64,000 nucleotides of DNA from Octopus sinensis (Eukaryota). The position numbers and the translations under genes are program-made. Each line of letters starts with the position of its first letter. The stretch's first letter is position 1. Of this stretch, positions 1 through 11,082 are shown one piece after another. The notes under the pieces are model-generated. The model worked only from the letters and a program-made list of their open reading frames with translations. It searched no databases and was not told the DNA's origin. The DNA lies in assembly GCF_006345805.1 (NCBI RefSeq), contig NC_043024.1:16802001-16866000 (forward strand), read 5' to 3'.

Positions 1-4
1 TGTG

Positions 5-370
5 CAGGCGTGGCTGTGTGGTATGTAGCTTGCTTACCAACCACATGGTTCTGGGTTCAGTCCAATGTGTGGTACCTTGGGCAAGTGTCTTCTGTTATAG
101 CCTTGTGAATGGATTTGGTAGACAGAAACTGAAAATAGCCCGTTGTATATATGTATATATATGTTTGTGTGTCTGTGTTTGTCCACCCACCATCGCTTGA
201 CAACTGATGTTGGTTTGTTTATGTCTCTGTAACCTAGCATTTCGGCAAAAGAGACCAATAGAATAAGTACGAGGCTTACAAAGAATAAGTCTCTGGGGTC
301 GATTTGTTCGACTAAAGGCAGTGCTCCAACATGGCCACAGTCAAATGACTGAAACAAGTAAAAGAATAAA
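5..370 (+). mobile_element. tRNA-derived SINE family A (CORE-like accttgggcaagt after the head)
   Basis: Head with A/B-box-like tggctgtgtggta...ggttcagtcc, internal (TA/TG)n, tail gcatggccacagtcaaatgactgaaacaagtaaaaga. More than 20 copies in the window. Confidence 0.85.
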
Positions 371-566
371 AGAATATATACTCACAAAACTCTACTGCTG
401 TGTGTGTGAGTATGTGGGGGCAGTGTCTATGTCTGTGTGTGTCTGCATGTATGTGTCTATGTGTGTGTGTGTGTGTTTGTGTAGATAAAGATGTATTCTT
501 TATTTTTCTTTTCTCTTCCAAAAACTTTCAAATATTTTTTGCTTACTTTTCCTGAGAAGAAAGCTG

Positions 567-971
567 GGATCTTTTCAGTTTGAACGGCAGTTTTTAACAT
601 AATTTCTAGGCAACTAAAAAATTTTAAACTTCGTATACTGATAGAATGTGTTTATAAAACATCTTTCTCTCTTGGCTTTATTGAGAAAATTCTATAGTTT
701 GTAAGATATTTGTTGCTTGTTTTTCTTCAATTTCAACCAATCACTAACGTCTATTGAGGTAAAAAAAACATTCTGTGCCATATGAATATGTCCCTCGTTT
801 AAGAAACAGATTGGGTTTATTTACATTTGTGAAGAAAAAAAGATACCCTTCCCCCCATCCCTAACCCTAAAACAGATTGAAATGCAATAGATCGATACTA
901 GGGTCATAATTATGGGTGACAATTTCATGTGACACTGCTAGAAAAAACTACCATTCAAACCGAAAAGATCC
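567..971. mobile_element. Non-autonomous DNA transposon (MITE), Merlin-like
   Basis: 29-bp TIRs starting GG (ggatcttttcagtttgaacggcagttttt / aaaaactaccattcaaaccgaaaagatcc, 26/29 match). Imperfect 8-bp TSD gaaagctg/aaaaactg. Internal ccctaaccctaa. Confidence 0.7.
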
Positions 972-1000
972 AAAAACTGAATTCTCACTGTGTATGTAAC

Positions 1001-1137
1001 CACTAGTGTAACCAGAGTGTGTGCTGCCCCTGGACCCTACAAAAACATATTGCCTACAGCAGACCCAAAAGTACCGGCCTTTTAAAACTGTTGCCTGGAG
1101 TGGACAGCCCCTACCACACCCCTTAGCTACACTAGTT
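1001..1137. mobile_element. Short hAT-like MITE
   Basis: TIR cactagtgta / tacactagtt with a perfect 8-bp TSD TATGTAAC (993-1000 and 1138-1145). Confidence 0.7.
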
Positions 1138-1439
1138 TATGTAACGTAAGTTTATGTCTGGCATGTGGTCGCTTGATATGCTAGAATTAACAGTCAATCT
1201 CCTTGTAATCACATACACACACACACATATATATATATATATATTGTAGGGTATTTCAAAAGTGCCCAGATGTTTCTTCAGGTCGGGTGATATTGAACCC
1301 AATGCTCCAATGACGGCAGGAACAACCTCTCAACCTCTACGTTTGACTCTTGCAGCTGCCACGTCTTGGTGGTCTCAATTTTCAGTTCTCCATATTCGTT
1401 GACCTTTTCTCGTTATTTCATTATAATATGTTGAGTATT

Positions 1440-2615
1440 ACTATTATTATTGTTATTCAATTTTAATCTGCAAGCTTGCTACAATCACTTGCTGAGACAT
1501 ACCCAGTGTCCCAGGGTGAGTGAAGGACAAGAGATGACTGAAAGCTTGGGGAGGGCAAGTGGCAGGGGCAGTAACAAAATATCTTCATGTAATACAACAC
1601 AGACATTTAAATCGATAGGCTTTTTCTAAGGATGTGGTCAGCACTTGTCAGCACAATCTTTAGGATTTCTCTGAGACACAGTTTGCCTGAGATGTTGTCT
1701 GGATGTTTCTGAGATCCTTGTTTTTTATTATCATATCTAGGGCACCCACAATAACAGGAACAGTTCACACTTTAAGATGCCACATCTTTTGTATTTCAAT
1801 TTCCAGGTTCTTATATTTACTTATGGAGATGTACTTGCAAAGCAAGTGACCTGATCTAAAATTGTGTGCTGGAACGAAAACAATTGCAGTGTGGAAGGTG
1901 TTTATAAGCCATTTAAGAAACACAAAAAAACCATTAGATTCGCTTCAACATTTAAATTTAATTTGCCAAAATATTTTTGTCGCTTTGAGACCGTGACCTG
2001 TTCACTGACAAAATTCCATGCTGCATCTTGGAATTTTGTCAGTGCTGCAGCACAGTATTTTGTCAGTGAACAGGTCACGGTCTCAAAGCAACGAAAATAT
2101 TTTAGCAAATTAAATTTAAATGTTGAAGCGAATCTAATGGTTTTTGCGTGTTTCTTAAATGGCTTATAAACACCTTCCACGCTGCAATTGTATATTTCCT
2201 TAATTAGTCAAATTCCTTTACAGATATATTATTATCAGTGGGAAGTATTTTTTCCCTGTCATTAACAATTATGTCTTACTGATTAGCCGGATTGTTTTGT
2301 TAGTGTTGACTGAAAAATCCCTGAGAGTAGTGACATTTTTACCTTCAACGACTGACTCAGGATGATGTTCATACCAGTTGGCAGAAATGCTGATTTTGTA
2401 GCGTTTACATCTTTTTCAGTGTAAATACTGTCCTATCCTATTGTGGCAATTTTTGTAATTGTTTGGTGTCAGCACAGAACATCCCAAGATGACATGGTCT
2501 ATTGTTTCAGCAAATGTGTCGCAGAATCTGTATTTAGGGTCAGAACCATTTTGAAGAACATTAGCCTGGTAGTTTCTGATAAGCAAGCTTTCATCTTGTG
2601 CCATCAATACGAAAC
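1440..2615 (-). mobile_element. 5'-truncated R4/Dong-type (restriction-like endonuclease) LINE remnant in a (TAA)n tract
   Basis: Minus strand reads AQDESLLIRNYQANVL..DPKYRFCDTFAETIDHVILGC..HNRIGQYLH (degenerate CCHC knuckle) and KYKNLEIEIQKMW..VPVIVGALD. It has a (TAA)-like tail near 1440-1457 and abuts (ATT)n at 2616. Interrupted by the 1824-2190 insertion. Confidence 0.8.
1824..2190. mobile_element. Penelope-LTR-like insertion forming a 310-bp palindrome (1881-2190)
   Basis: Near-identical inverted arms of ~135 bp. 12-bp TSD tatatttactta (1812-1823) / tatatttcctta (2191-2202). Each arm contains a hammerhead-like fold. Confidence 0.65.
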
Positions 2616-2669
<54 letters not shown>

Positions 2670-2694
2670 TATTAATATTATTATTATTATTATG

Positions 2695-2738
<44 letters not shown>

Positions 2739-2781
2739 TATTAATATTATTATTATTATTATGTTTATTATTATTATTATT
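2616..2781. repeat. Compound (ATT)n microsatellite with an internal duplicated unit
   Basis: Seen directly; source of the poly-I and poly-N ORFs. Confidence 0.95.
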
Positions 2782-2996
2782 AAGGCAGTGAGCTAGCAGA
2801 ATTGGTACCACACCAGGCAAAATACTTAGTGGTATTTCGCCTGTCTTTACATTCTGAGTTCAAATTCTGCCAAGGTTGACTTTGCCTTTCATCTTTTCAG
2901 AGTCAATAAATTAAGTACCAGTCAAGTACTGGGGCCAATGTCATCGATTTACCCACTCCCCCAAAATTTCAGACCCTGTGCCTATTGTCGAAGGGA
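2782..2996 (+). mobile_element. tRNA-derived SINE family B (central gactttgcctttcatcct..gtcgataaa..aagtaccag domain)
   Basis: Head ggcagtgagctagcagaat..gagttcaaattc. Further whole or partial copies at ~3600, 4838, 4985(-), 20800, 26620, 39190, 39650, 39840, 48347. Confidence 0.75.
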
Positions 2997-3028
2997 TTAT
3001 TATTATTATTATCATTATTATTATTATT

Positions 3029-3585
3029 GAGTGAGAGAGCAGTGCATGACTTCAAAGTGACACTGGGATAAAATATACGAAGACCAGTATACCCATCATG
3101 ACTACCCGTCTGATAAAGGTACACTAGGCACATGCATCACAACCATATGTGCGCAACATAGTGATCTCATATCAAGGTAAACAGCACATGACCTTGCAGG
3201 TGGGGCCCAGTTAGAATTTTTTTCTGGTTGAGTAGCCCATCCCACTCAGACGGTCACTGCATAAGGGTTGTTTAAGGATATTCAACGAACCACCCATGTT
3301 TCCAGAGGTGAATTATTCAAACCTCAAAGAATCCCTCTCAACACATGGCTATGATGCTCCCTCAGTACGTCTGCTCGTGGTCAGAGATGCACATATCGTC
3401 AGCCACTAAGGGACATGCTCAACTGGTGAAGGTCAAACAACTGACAAGCAAATCTGTGGTATTGAGCAGAATATTTGCTGTAGCCCATCTTTTATACCAA
3501 GACAAAACAATGTACATGATAACACTTCCAATCAATTAAGATCAGCAGCCAAGAGAGCCACTCTCAGGTACTGCATTAAGGCATT
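3029..3585. mobile_element. ~560-bp non-coding interspersed repeat inserted in (ATT)n
   Basis: Complex-sequence block flanked on both sides by (ATT)n, with no credible ORF. Family unassigned. Confidence 0.5.
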
Positions 3586-4181
3586 TATTATTATTATTAT
3601 AACTGGCAGAATTGTTAGCATGCTGAGTGAAATGCTTAGTGGCATTTCATTTGTCTTTATGTTCTGAGTTCAAATTCTGGGGTTGATAAATGAAGTACCA
3701 GTGAAACACTGGGTTGATGTAATTGATTAGTCTGCTCTCCCAAAATTTCAGGCCTTGTGCCTATAATAGAAAGGATTATTATTATTATTATTATTATTAT
3801 TATTGTTATTAAGAAAGGCAACCTCCATCCACCATATTGATAATATGTTCCTTTCCTCATAGAAATTATTCATCACTATTTCCCATATTGCATTCACTTC
3901 AGCTGCTTTACCACTTCCTATCGTTACTGATCTCCTCCTCCATAAACATCCCATGGCCCTTCTAATACTCTCCTCTCCCTTGTACACCCCGTTTCTTTTT
4001 ATCCCCAACTTTTTCTCTCTCGGCAAATTTGTCTTCTGATGTTCATGCACATTAAAATTATAGTAAAATAATACCAGATTGTCAATACCTTTGATTCTAG
4101 GATTGCTTGACACAGGGCTGTCCTGTGGCTAAACAACTTCAACAACAACAACAGGCTTGGCTGAGACTGGCTCTTTGTGAG

Positions 4182-4480
4182 TTACGATGCCCAAGGGTTC
4201 CAGTTGATCCAATCTATAGAACAGCCTGCTTGTGAAATTAACATGCAAGTGGCTGTGTACTCCAGAGACATGTGTACCCAAGGAGATTCAGCATGACACA
4301 GAATATGACAAGGCTGGCCCCTTTTGAAATAAAAGTACAACTCATTTTCCCCAGCTGAGTAGAATGGAGCAATGTGAAATAAAGCACCTTGCTCAAGGAC
4401 AGAACCTGTCACCAGGAATTGAGCTCACAATTTTGCGATCACAAGCTGACTCCCCTAACCACTGAGCCATATGCCCTCAC
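4182..4480 (-). mobile_element. tRNA-derived SINE family C
   Basis: Reverse complement of the copies at 29258, 40281 and 46695 (gagtactcagccacttgcacgttaatttcacgagcaggctgttc domain). Confidence 0.75.
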
Positions 4481-5334
4481 AATCCATGAAAGAAATCTAT
4501 AAAACATAAATCGTTATTATTTAGCCCCGAGTCAGCAATGAGCAATTAAGAGAACTCAACCTTTAGAATTTAACATTAAAAATGAATAGAGAAGTTATTT
4601 GTAATAATAATCAACACTTCATAAATATTACGAAGTTATTGACTTTGTGTACAGGATTCAGTGTGAAGAGGGGTCGGGGGTCTGAGAAGGTGCTTGCGTC
4701 TGCTCTGGACTACATAATCAGGTGAATAATTGATGAATGTATGAATCATGTTACCAACTCGTACGTGCTTGTTAGCGACTGTCCTGGTTTGTGTGTGTGT
4801 CTGTGTGTGTGTATAATACTATTATATAATATTATAAAGCAGAATGGTTAGCATGCTGGACAAAGTGCTTGGCAGCATTTCGTCTGTCTTTATGTTCTGA
4901 GTTCAAATTCTGTCAAAGTCAACTTGTCTTTCATTTCTTTTGGGGGTTGATGAAATAAGTACCAGTCAAGTGCTGGGGGTGTCATCATTTAGTGTCTTAT
5001 TTCTTTACTGCCCACAAGGGGCTCCACACAGAGGGAAGAAACAAGGACAAACAAACGGATTAAGTCAATTACATTGACCCCAGTGCGTAACTGGTACTTA
5101 ATTTATCGACCCCGATAGTGTCTGTTGTTGTTCATGCTGGCATGGGTTGGACGGTTTGACCAGATTTGGTATGCTGAGGGTCTGCACCAGACTCTAGTGG
5201 TCTAAAGTACGCTAGGGTTTCTTCAAGACTCTGGTGTCCTTTGAAACCCTTTACTTGGAAAGTACTATGAGATGAAATACTTCAATTAACCTGGGAGTAT
5301 TGTTCGGTTCCTTTGTCTCATCTTTTTGTACAGT

Positions 5335-5717
5335 CAGGAGTGCTTGTGTGGTAAGTAGCTTGCTTACCAACCACATGGTTCCATGTATAGTGTCTTCTAC
5401 TATAGCCTCGGGCCGACCAAAACCTTGTGAGTGGATTTTGTAGATGGAAACTGAAAGAAGCCCGTCGTATATATGTATTTGTATATATATATATATATGT
5501 GTGTGTTTGAGTGTCTGTGTTTGTTCCCCCAACATCACTTGACAACTGATGCTGGTATGTTTATGTCCCCATAACTTAGCGGTTCAGCAAAAGAGAGAGA
5601 TAGATTAAGTACTAGGCTTACAAAGAATAAGTCCTGGGATCGATTTGCTCGACTAAAGGTAGTGCTCCAGCATGGCTGCAGTCAAAATGACTGGAACAAG
5701 TAAAAGAGTAAAGAGTA
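5335..5717 (+). mobile_element. SINE family A
   Basis: Near full-length match to the other copies. Confidence 0.85.
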
Positions 5718-5747
5718 TAAAAAACTCTCACCAATCAATTCAGAAAT

Positions 5748-6216
5748 CTGCTTTAAGCACCCCAAACAAATCCTCATAATTTTTTTGGTCTTATGGAACT
5801 TTCAGAAAATTTTTGTGAATTTGTGTTCTACACACAGGAAGTCATATGACCACAAAAAATTTTATTTTTTAATTTTTTGAATCTGAAAAGAAATTTTTGA
5901 ATTTTTAAAAACTATAGGCCAAATTTTTGGACAGTTTGAATTTTTGGCTTATTTTCTTGCAATAGACCACTGAATGTGTTTATGGGAAGAAAGATATTGA
6001 AAGACATCAGTATGTCAGAGTGACAAACAACTGAGGAGGATATCAGGTGGTCGTTAAATGTGCTAAAAATAACAGCTAAATATCCCTGAAATCACACATT
6101 TTTTTTCAGATTTTATATAATTGTAGGGATTCCCATTTGTTGAACACAAATTTGCCAAAATTTTTTTAAATCCCGCTAAATAAGTTACGAGGGCTTTTGT
6201 GGGGTACTTGAAGCAC
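5748..6216. mobile_element. Degenerate MITE (possibly Sola-like)
   Basis: ~32-bp imperfect TIR ctgctttaagcaccccaaacaaatcctcataa / ttacgagggcttttgtggggtacttgaagcac, with flanks aaat/aatt. Confidence 0.5.
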
Positions 6217-6691
6217 AATTCCACTCCACCTTACTCCCATCATTTGTAAAGGTGCAGTGGAAAACAAATTTAAAAATCCCTATCTTCTATAGTGAGAATT
6301 GCCCAGCAAAGACAGGAGACTCAGAGTGTATTTATATTTATGTGTACGTATCCATATACATACACATATATATGTCTGTATGTATGTATGGTTACGCACA
6401 CATAAATATAAATACACATACATACAGATGCACTGAGCTATAAATGCATGTTTATATGCCTTATTAACATCATGGTTTCCAGTCGATTATATATTTATAC
6501 TTTTATCTCTGTCTCTCTGTCCGTCTCATTTATCCGTGTATGGAGTGTGAATATATTTGTGTGTTTGTATGTAAAGGTAGTCAACTACATGGCTGTTTAT
6601 TTAATTGTGCATGCATTATTTCTCTACCTACCCACTCATGCATATGTTAATCTCTCTCTTTCTCTCTCTCTCTATCTATCTATAATATATA

Positions 6692-7075
6692 CTCTTTTAC
6701 TCATTTACTTGCTTCAGTCATTAGACTGTGGCCATGCTGGAGCACCACCTTTAGTCGAGCAAATCGACCCCGGGACTTATTCTTTGTAAGCCTAGTACTT
6801 ATTCTATCGATCTCTTTTGCCAAACCGCTAAGTTACAGGGACATAAACACACCAGCATCGGTTGTCAAGTGATATTGGGGGGAGAAACACAGACACACAA
6901 ACACATACATATATACGACGGGCTTCTTTCAGTTTCTGTCTACCAAATCTACTCACAAGGCTTTGGTCGGCCAGAGGCTATAGTAGAAGACACTTGCCCA
7001 AGATGCCGCGCAGTGGGACTGAACCCGGAACCATGTGGTTGGTAAGCAAGCTACTTACCACATAGCCACTCCTGC
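6692..7075 (-). mobile_element. SINE family A
   Basis: Full-length reverse-complement copy. Confidence 0.85.
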
Positions 7076-7089
7076 GGCTATATATATAT

Positions 7090-7291
7090 AAATTTAAATA
7101 AGCAGAAAATGATAAAACTTTTGATTAACAAACAAACAAATTGACCAACATGGGTTAATTATCTTTTAATACAAAATATAACATAAAAGTGTTTATGGGA
7201 AGAAAGATAAAATGAAATAACTAACCGATGTTGGTCTCAATTTGTTTGTTGATCAAAAAGTTTTCTCCATTTTCTCTGCTTATTTAAATTT
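7090..7291. repeat. Imperfect inverted repeat (~70-bp arms)
   Basis: aaatttaaataagcag..ccaacatgggttaattat versus ataactaaccgatgttgg..ctgcttatttaaattt. Confidence 0.7.
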
Positions 7292-8184
7292 GATTCTTGA
7301 TAAACTTTTGTTTATTCAGTTTTTACCTGTACCCTATGAGTATAGTACACTTGTATACCCATGACCAGGGATAACATAAGGTAAATGATGCTGGTTGTAA
7401 GAACAACTATTCTTATTCCTTAGATGGTTATTCATTAATCAGAATTATATTTTAATAATTATACTTTAAATGTTTATCTATATATGTATATATACATATG
7501 ACTATATATATATAGCGGTGCCCCAGCATGGCCACAGCTCGTGAGCTGAAACTAGATAAAAAAATATATATATATTCATATCAATCTCTCTATGCATATA
7601 TATACATACGTACATAAATACATATGCACATTCATATACATCTTATATATTTCTGCCCACCTGTCTTTCTCTTAGAGCCACTCTTGACCCTGTGCTCCTA
7701 GTGGTTCAAATCATTTGAATACTTATGCCGTTTTATATATATGTTTTGAGGTGAAATATATCTCATCTCTGAAGTTTTTTTTACCTGTGTGTGTGTGTGT
7801 GTATTTGTATGTATGTGTTCGTGCGTTTGTGTGCATTTGTGTGTACGTGCATATAAACGCACACATGCGCATGTATGTACACTCCCTTTGTATCTATCAA
7901 AGTATCTTTCAGATGAATGTTTATTAACTTCCCTATCTATTTACCAATCTATCTATCTATCTTTCTACCTTTCTTTTTGTCTATCTATCTATCTACCAAT
8001 CTATCTATCTGTCTGTCTGTCTATCTATCTATCTGTCTGTCTCTCTCTCTCTCCCTCTATCTATCTATCTATTAGTCTGTCTGGATATCTATTTATCTAT
8101 CTTTCTATCTATCAATATATATATTTGTTTGTTTGTTTCTTTCATTCTCTCTAAATGTCAATTCTTTTTTCCTTTCTTTCAGAC

Positions 8185-8924
8185 ATGCTGGCTAAGACAT
8201 ACGGCAGTCGATCACCCCCACCTCTGTCATCCCTGTTATCGCCATCCTCTTCCTCCACCGCCTCCGCCGCGTCATCATCACTATCGTCATCATCAGCATC
8301 AGCAATAGCAGCAGCAAGGTCAACAGCCCGATCAGCAGCGGCGGCCGCAGCAGCAGCACTGGCCGCCTCCGGCGCAGCCATAGCGCCCCCTCCACCCCCA
8401 CCTCCTCCTCCCCCGCTTCCGCCAGTATCGGCAGCTGTCTTACCGCCCCATCCACCCCCACTGCAGCCGGGGGTGCCGGCGACGACGACCACCACTACCA
8501 CAGAACAACAGTGGTACATCGATCAAGAGTTATTGATTGTGGCCGCCATCTGTTCGACTCTTATCTCCGTCACTGGACTTGTGATGGCGTCCATGCTGTG
8601 CAACTGGTGTTTCGGCCGGAAGCGAGGTCGCGGCCGTGGAGGGAAGAACAGCGGTTCGGGCGGCGGTGCGGGCGGTGCGTCAGGCTTCGCTGCCGGCGAT
8701 GATGACGACGACGACGAGGAACAGGCCAAGCTGAACGATTACCGGCCGGTGCCATATGGAGGGGCGGACGACTGTAGCCGAAGTAGTGTAAGGAATGGCT
8801 ACACACCGAACGGCAGCCCGTCCCAGGATGGAGGCGGCAGCAGTTTGGCGTCCGGTGACACGGCCAGCTGTTCGAGTACGCAGAAGTTGACATCGGTCGG
8901 CAAGAAGAACAAGAAGACCATGAG
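8185..8924 (+). CDS. SYT7: Coding exon of a type III single-pass membrane protein, probably the synaptotagmin-7-like N-terminal exon (luminal tail, TM, Cys cluster, start of spacer)
   Basis: Polypyrimidine tract and AG acceptor (ttttttcctttctttcag, AG at 8181-8182), ATG at 8185, 246 open codons plus 2 nt, then AG|GTAAGT donor (GT at 8925). It is a GC/CpG-rich island in AT-rich DNA. LLIVAAICSTLISVTGLVMASMLCNWCFGRKRGR resembles the vertebrate Syt7 TM region ([27 protein letters not shown], recalled). The exon is well supported, but the gene identity is tentative because no C2 exons are in the window. Confidence 0.7.
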
Positions 8925-9304
8925 GTAAGTGTCCTTTACGTCACAGGATCACGTGGGATGATAAGGGAGGGGGTGTTTGTTTATTGGTGGTGGGCGTGAT
9001 TGGATAGGTGTGCCTGTGGCTGTGGGGTGGTGGTGCTGGTGGGTTACGGGGGAGGGTAACGATGGTGTGTGTTGGTGATGGAGGCGGTAGTGGTGGTGGC
9101 GTGTATGGTGTGTTTGTGTTGGCGGTAATGATGGTTGTGTTGTTGTGTATATGTGTGTAGGGGTATTAAAGGGGTGAGGTTGTAGCAGTGACTGGGGGGG
9201 GGGCTGTTTTGAATGATAGTAGGAAGGGTGGGAGGAATTGTGTGGTGGTGGGGAAGGGTGGGAGGAGTTGTGTGTTATGAAGTGCACTGAAGCATGTAGT
9301 AGTT

Positions 9305-9570
9305 AAAGAGAAAGAGAGGAGGAGAGGACAGTCAGAGAGAGAAAGAGAAAAAGAGAGAAAACGAAAGAGAGAGGAGAAGTGAGAGAGAGAAAGAGAGTGA
9401 GAGAGAGAGAGAAAGAAAAAGAGAGTGAGAAAGACGGAAAGAGAAAAAGAGTGAGAAAGTGAGAGAGAAGGAAAGGAAGAGGGGAAAGTGAGAGGGTAAA
9501 GTGAGAGAGAGAGAAAGATAGTGAGAAAGAAGGAAAGAGAGAAAGAAAGAAAGGGAGAAAGACAGAGAAA
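9305..9570. repeat. GA-rich low-complexity tract
   Basis: Degenerate (GA)n/(GAAA)n. Confidence 0.9.
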
Positions 9571-10579
9571 CATTGGATTTGGGATTGAGGATGAAGGAAA
9601 AGTGAAGGGAAGAGGGAAAAGAAAGGAGGAGGGGGAAGGGAAACCTCAATCATAGCAATAAAAAATCAACAAAATAACAGAACATCCCCCACCCCCACCA
9701 CCAAGTGTTTTGTGTTTGTGTTTTTGTGTCAGTGTAGGCATTGTTGTTGTTGTGTGTGTTTTAATAGTTTTTTTGTGTCTTTTGTGATTTTCATTGTTGT
9801 TGTCTCAGTAAGTGGGAGTATATATAGGTGTATGTGGGTGTATATCTTTACCTGTGTACCAATGTGTCTGTGTGTGTGTGTATGCACATGTACAAGGCCA
9901 TACATAAATTGATGCTCAGAGTCAAGTATAAATAAATATATACATTGTGAATATACGTTCAGTTTTATGTAATTATACATACATCTCTTTCTTTCTCTGT
10001 CTATCTATATATATATATCTATCTGTCTCTCTCTTTCTCTGTCTGTTTTTCTCACTTTTTCTATCTATCTATCTATCTACCTATTTATCTATGTGTATCT
10101 ATCTATCTATCTTTCCATCTATTTACCTATCATCTGTCTGCCTATCTGTCTATCTATCTATCTGTTTATCCATCTGTGACTTCATTGACCGAGGTTACCG
10201 TGGTCTTTTCCGTAGGCTTTTCTTTCCACGGGTAAACCTCACCTGTCCTCCCCTTTACACTTCCTATTGACATTTCTGTGATTACGATCCCTATTGATCA
10301 ACTTTTTTTTCCCTCTCCCCCCTTTTTTTTTAAATCCTCCCCTTTTTTTGTCCTCTTTCTTTCCTTTTATGATCCCTTTTGATCGAAAACCAACCCCCTC
10401 TTTTTTACCCCCAAAAAGAAAAGCTCTACCTTGTAATTTGTTCTGTCTGTGTGCAGCCCTGTGTGGCTAATAAAGAAACATATCTATTTACCAATCTATC
10501 TGTCTGTCTGTCTATCTCTCTGCCTGTCTGTCTGTCTATTTATCTATCTATCATACAACAAACAGGACAGATACAACTC

Positions 10580-10616
<37 letters not shown>

Positions 10617-10706
10617 TTCCTCTGTTATTATTTTTAAGTCGCAAAAAGTTACAGAAGTGATTCATATGTCAAGAGTTTCAGGCATGGCATTTATCAAACT
10701 CATATA

Positions 10707-10935
10707 TCATCATCATCATCATTTAACGTCCACTTTCCATGCTGGCATGGGTTGGATGACCGAGAACTGGCAGGACGGGAGGCTACACCAGGCTCCAGTC
10801 TGATCTAGCAAGGTTTCTACAGCTGGATGCCCTTCTTAATGCAAACCACTTCGAGGGTATAGTGGGTGGTTTTTATGTGCCACTGGCATGGGTGCCAGTC
10901 AGGCAGCACTAGCATTGGCCATGCTCAAATGATGC
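10707..10935 (-). mobile_element. 3' end of an RTE-type retroposon with (GAT)n tail
   Basis: (CAT)n followed by ttaacgtccactttccatgctggcatgggttgga..gctggatgcccttc, the same family as 38540-39105. Confidence 0.7.
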
Positions 10936-10955
10936 TTTATATATATGTATGTATG

Positions 10956-11007
<52 letters not shown>

Positions 11008-11082
11008 TACATACATACATACATACACACACAGAAACACACACATATATATATACATATATTTATATATATATGTATATAT

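Noticed and set aside
859-870. ccctaaccctaa telomere-like repeat
   Set aside because: Only two units, internal to a MITE.
1864-2180. Two mirror-image ORFs with the same peptide on opposite strands
   Set aside because: A consequence of the palindrome; no protein-family features.
8155-8184. ORF-track start MSILFSFLSD and stop at 8928
   Set aside because: These codons lie in the intronic polypyrimidine tract, and the TAA is inside the GTAAGT donor. The exon is 8183-8924.
8151-8893. Antisense and alternative-frame ORFs over the exon
   Set aside because: Shadow ORFs of GC-rich low-complexity coding DNA.
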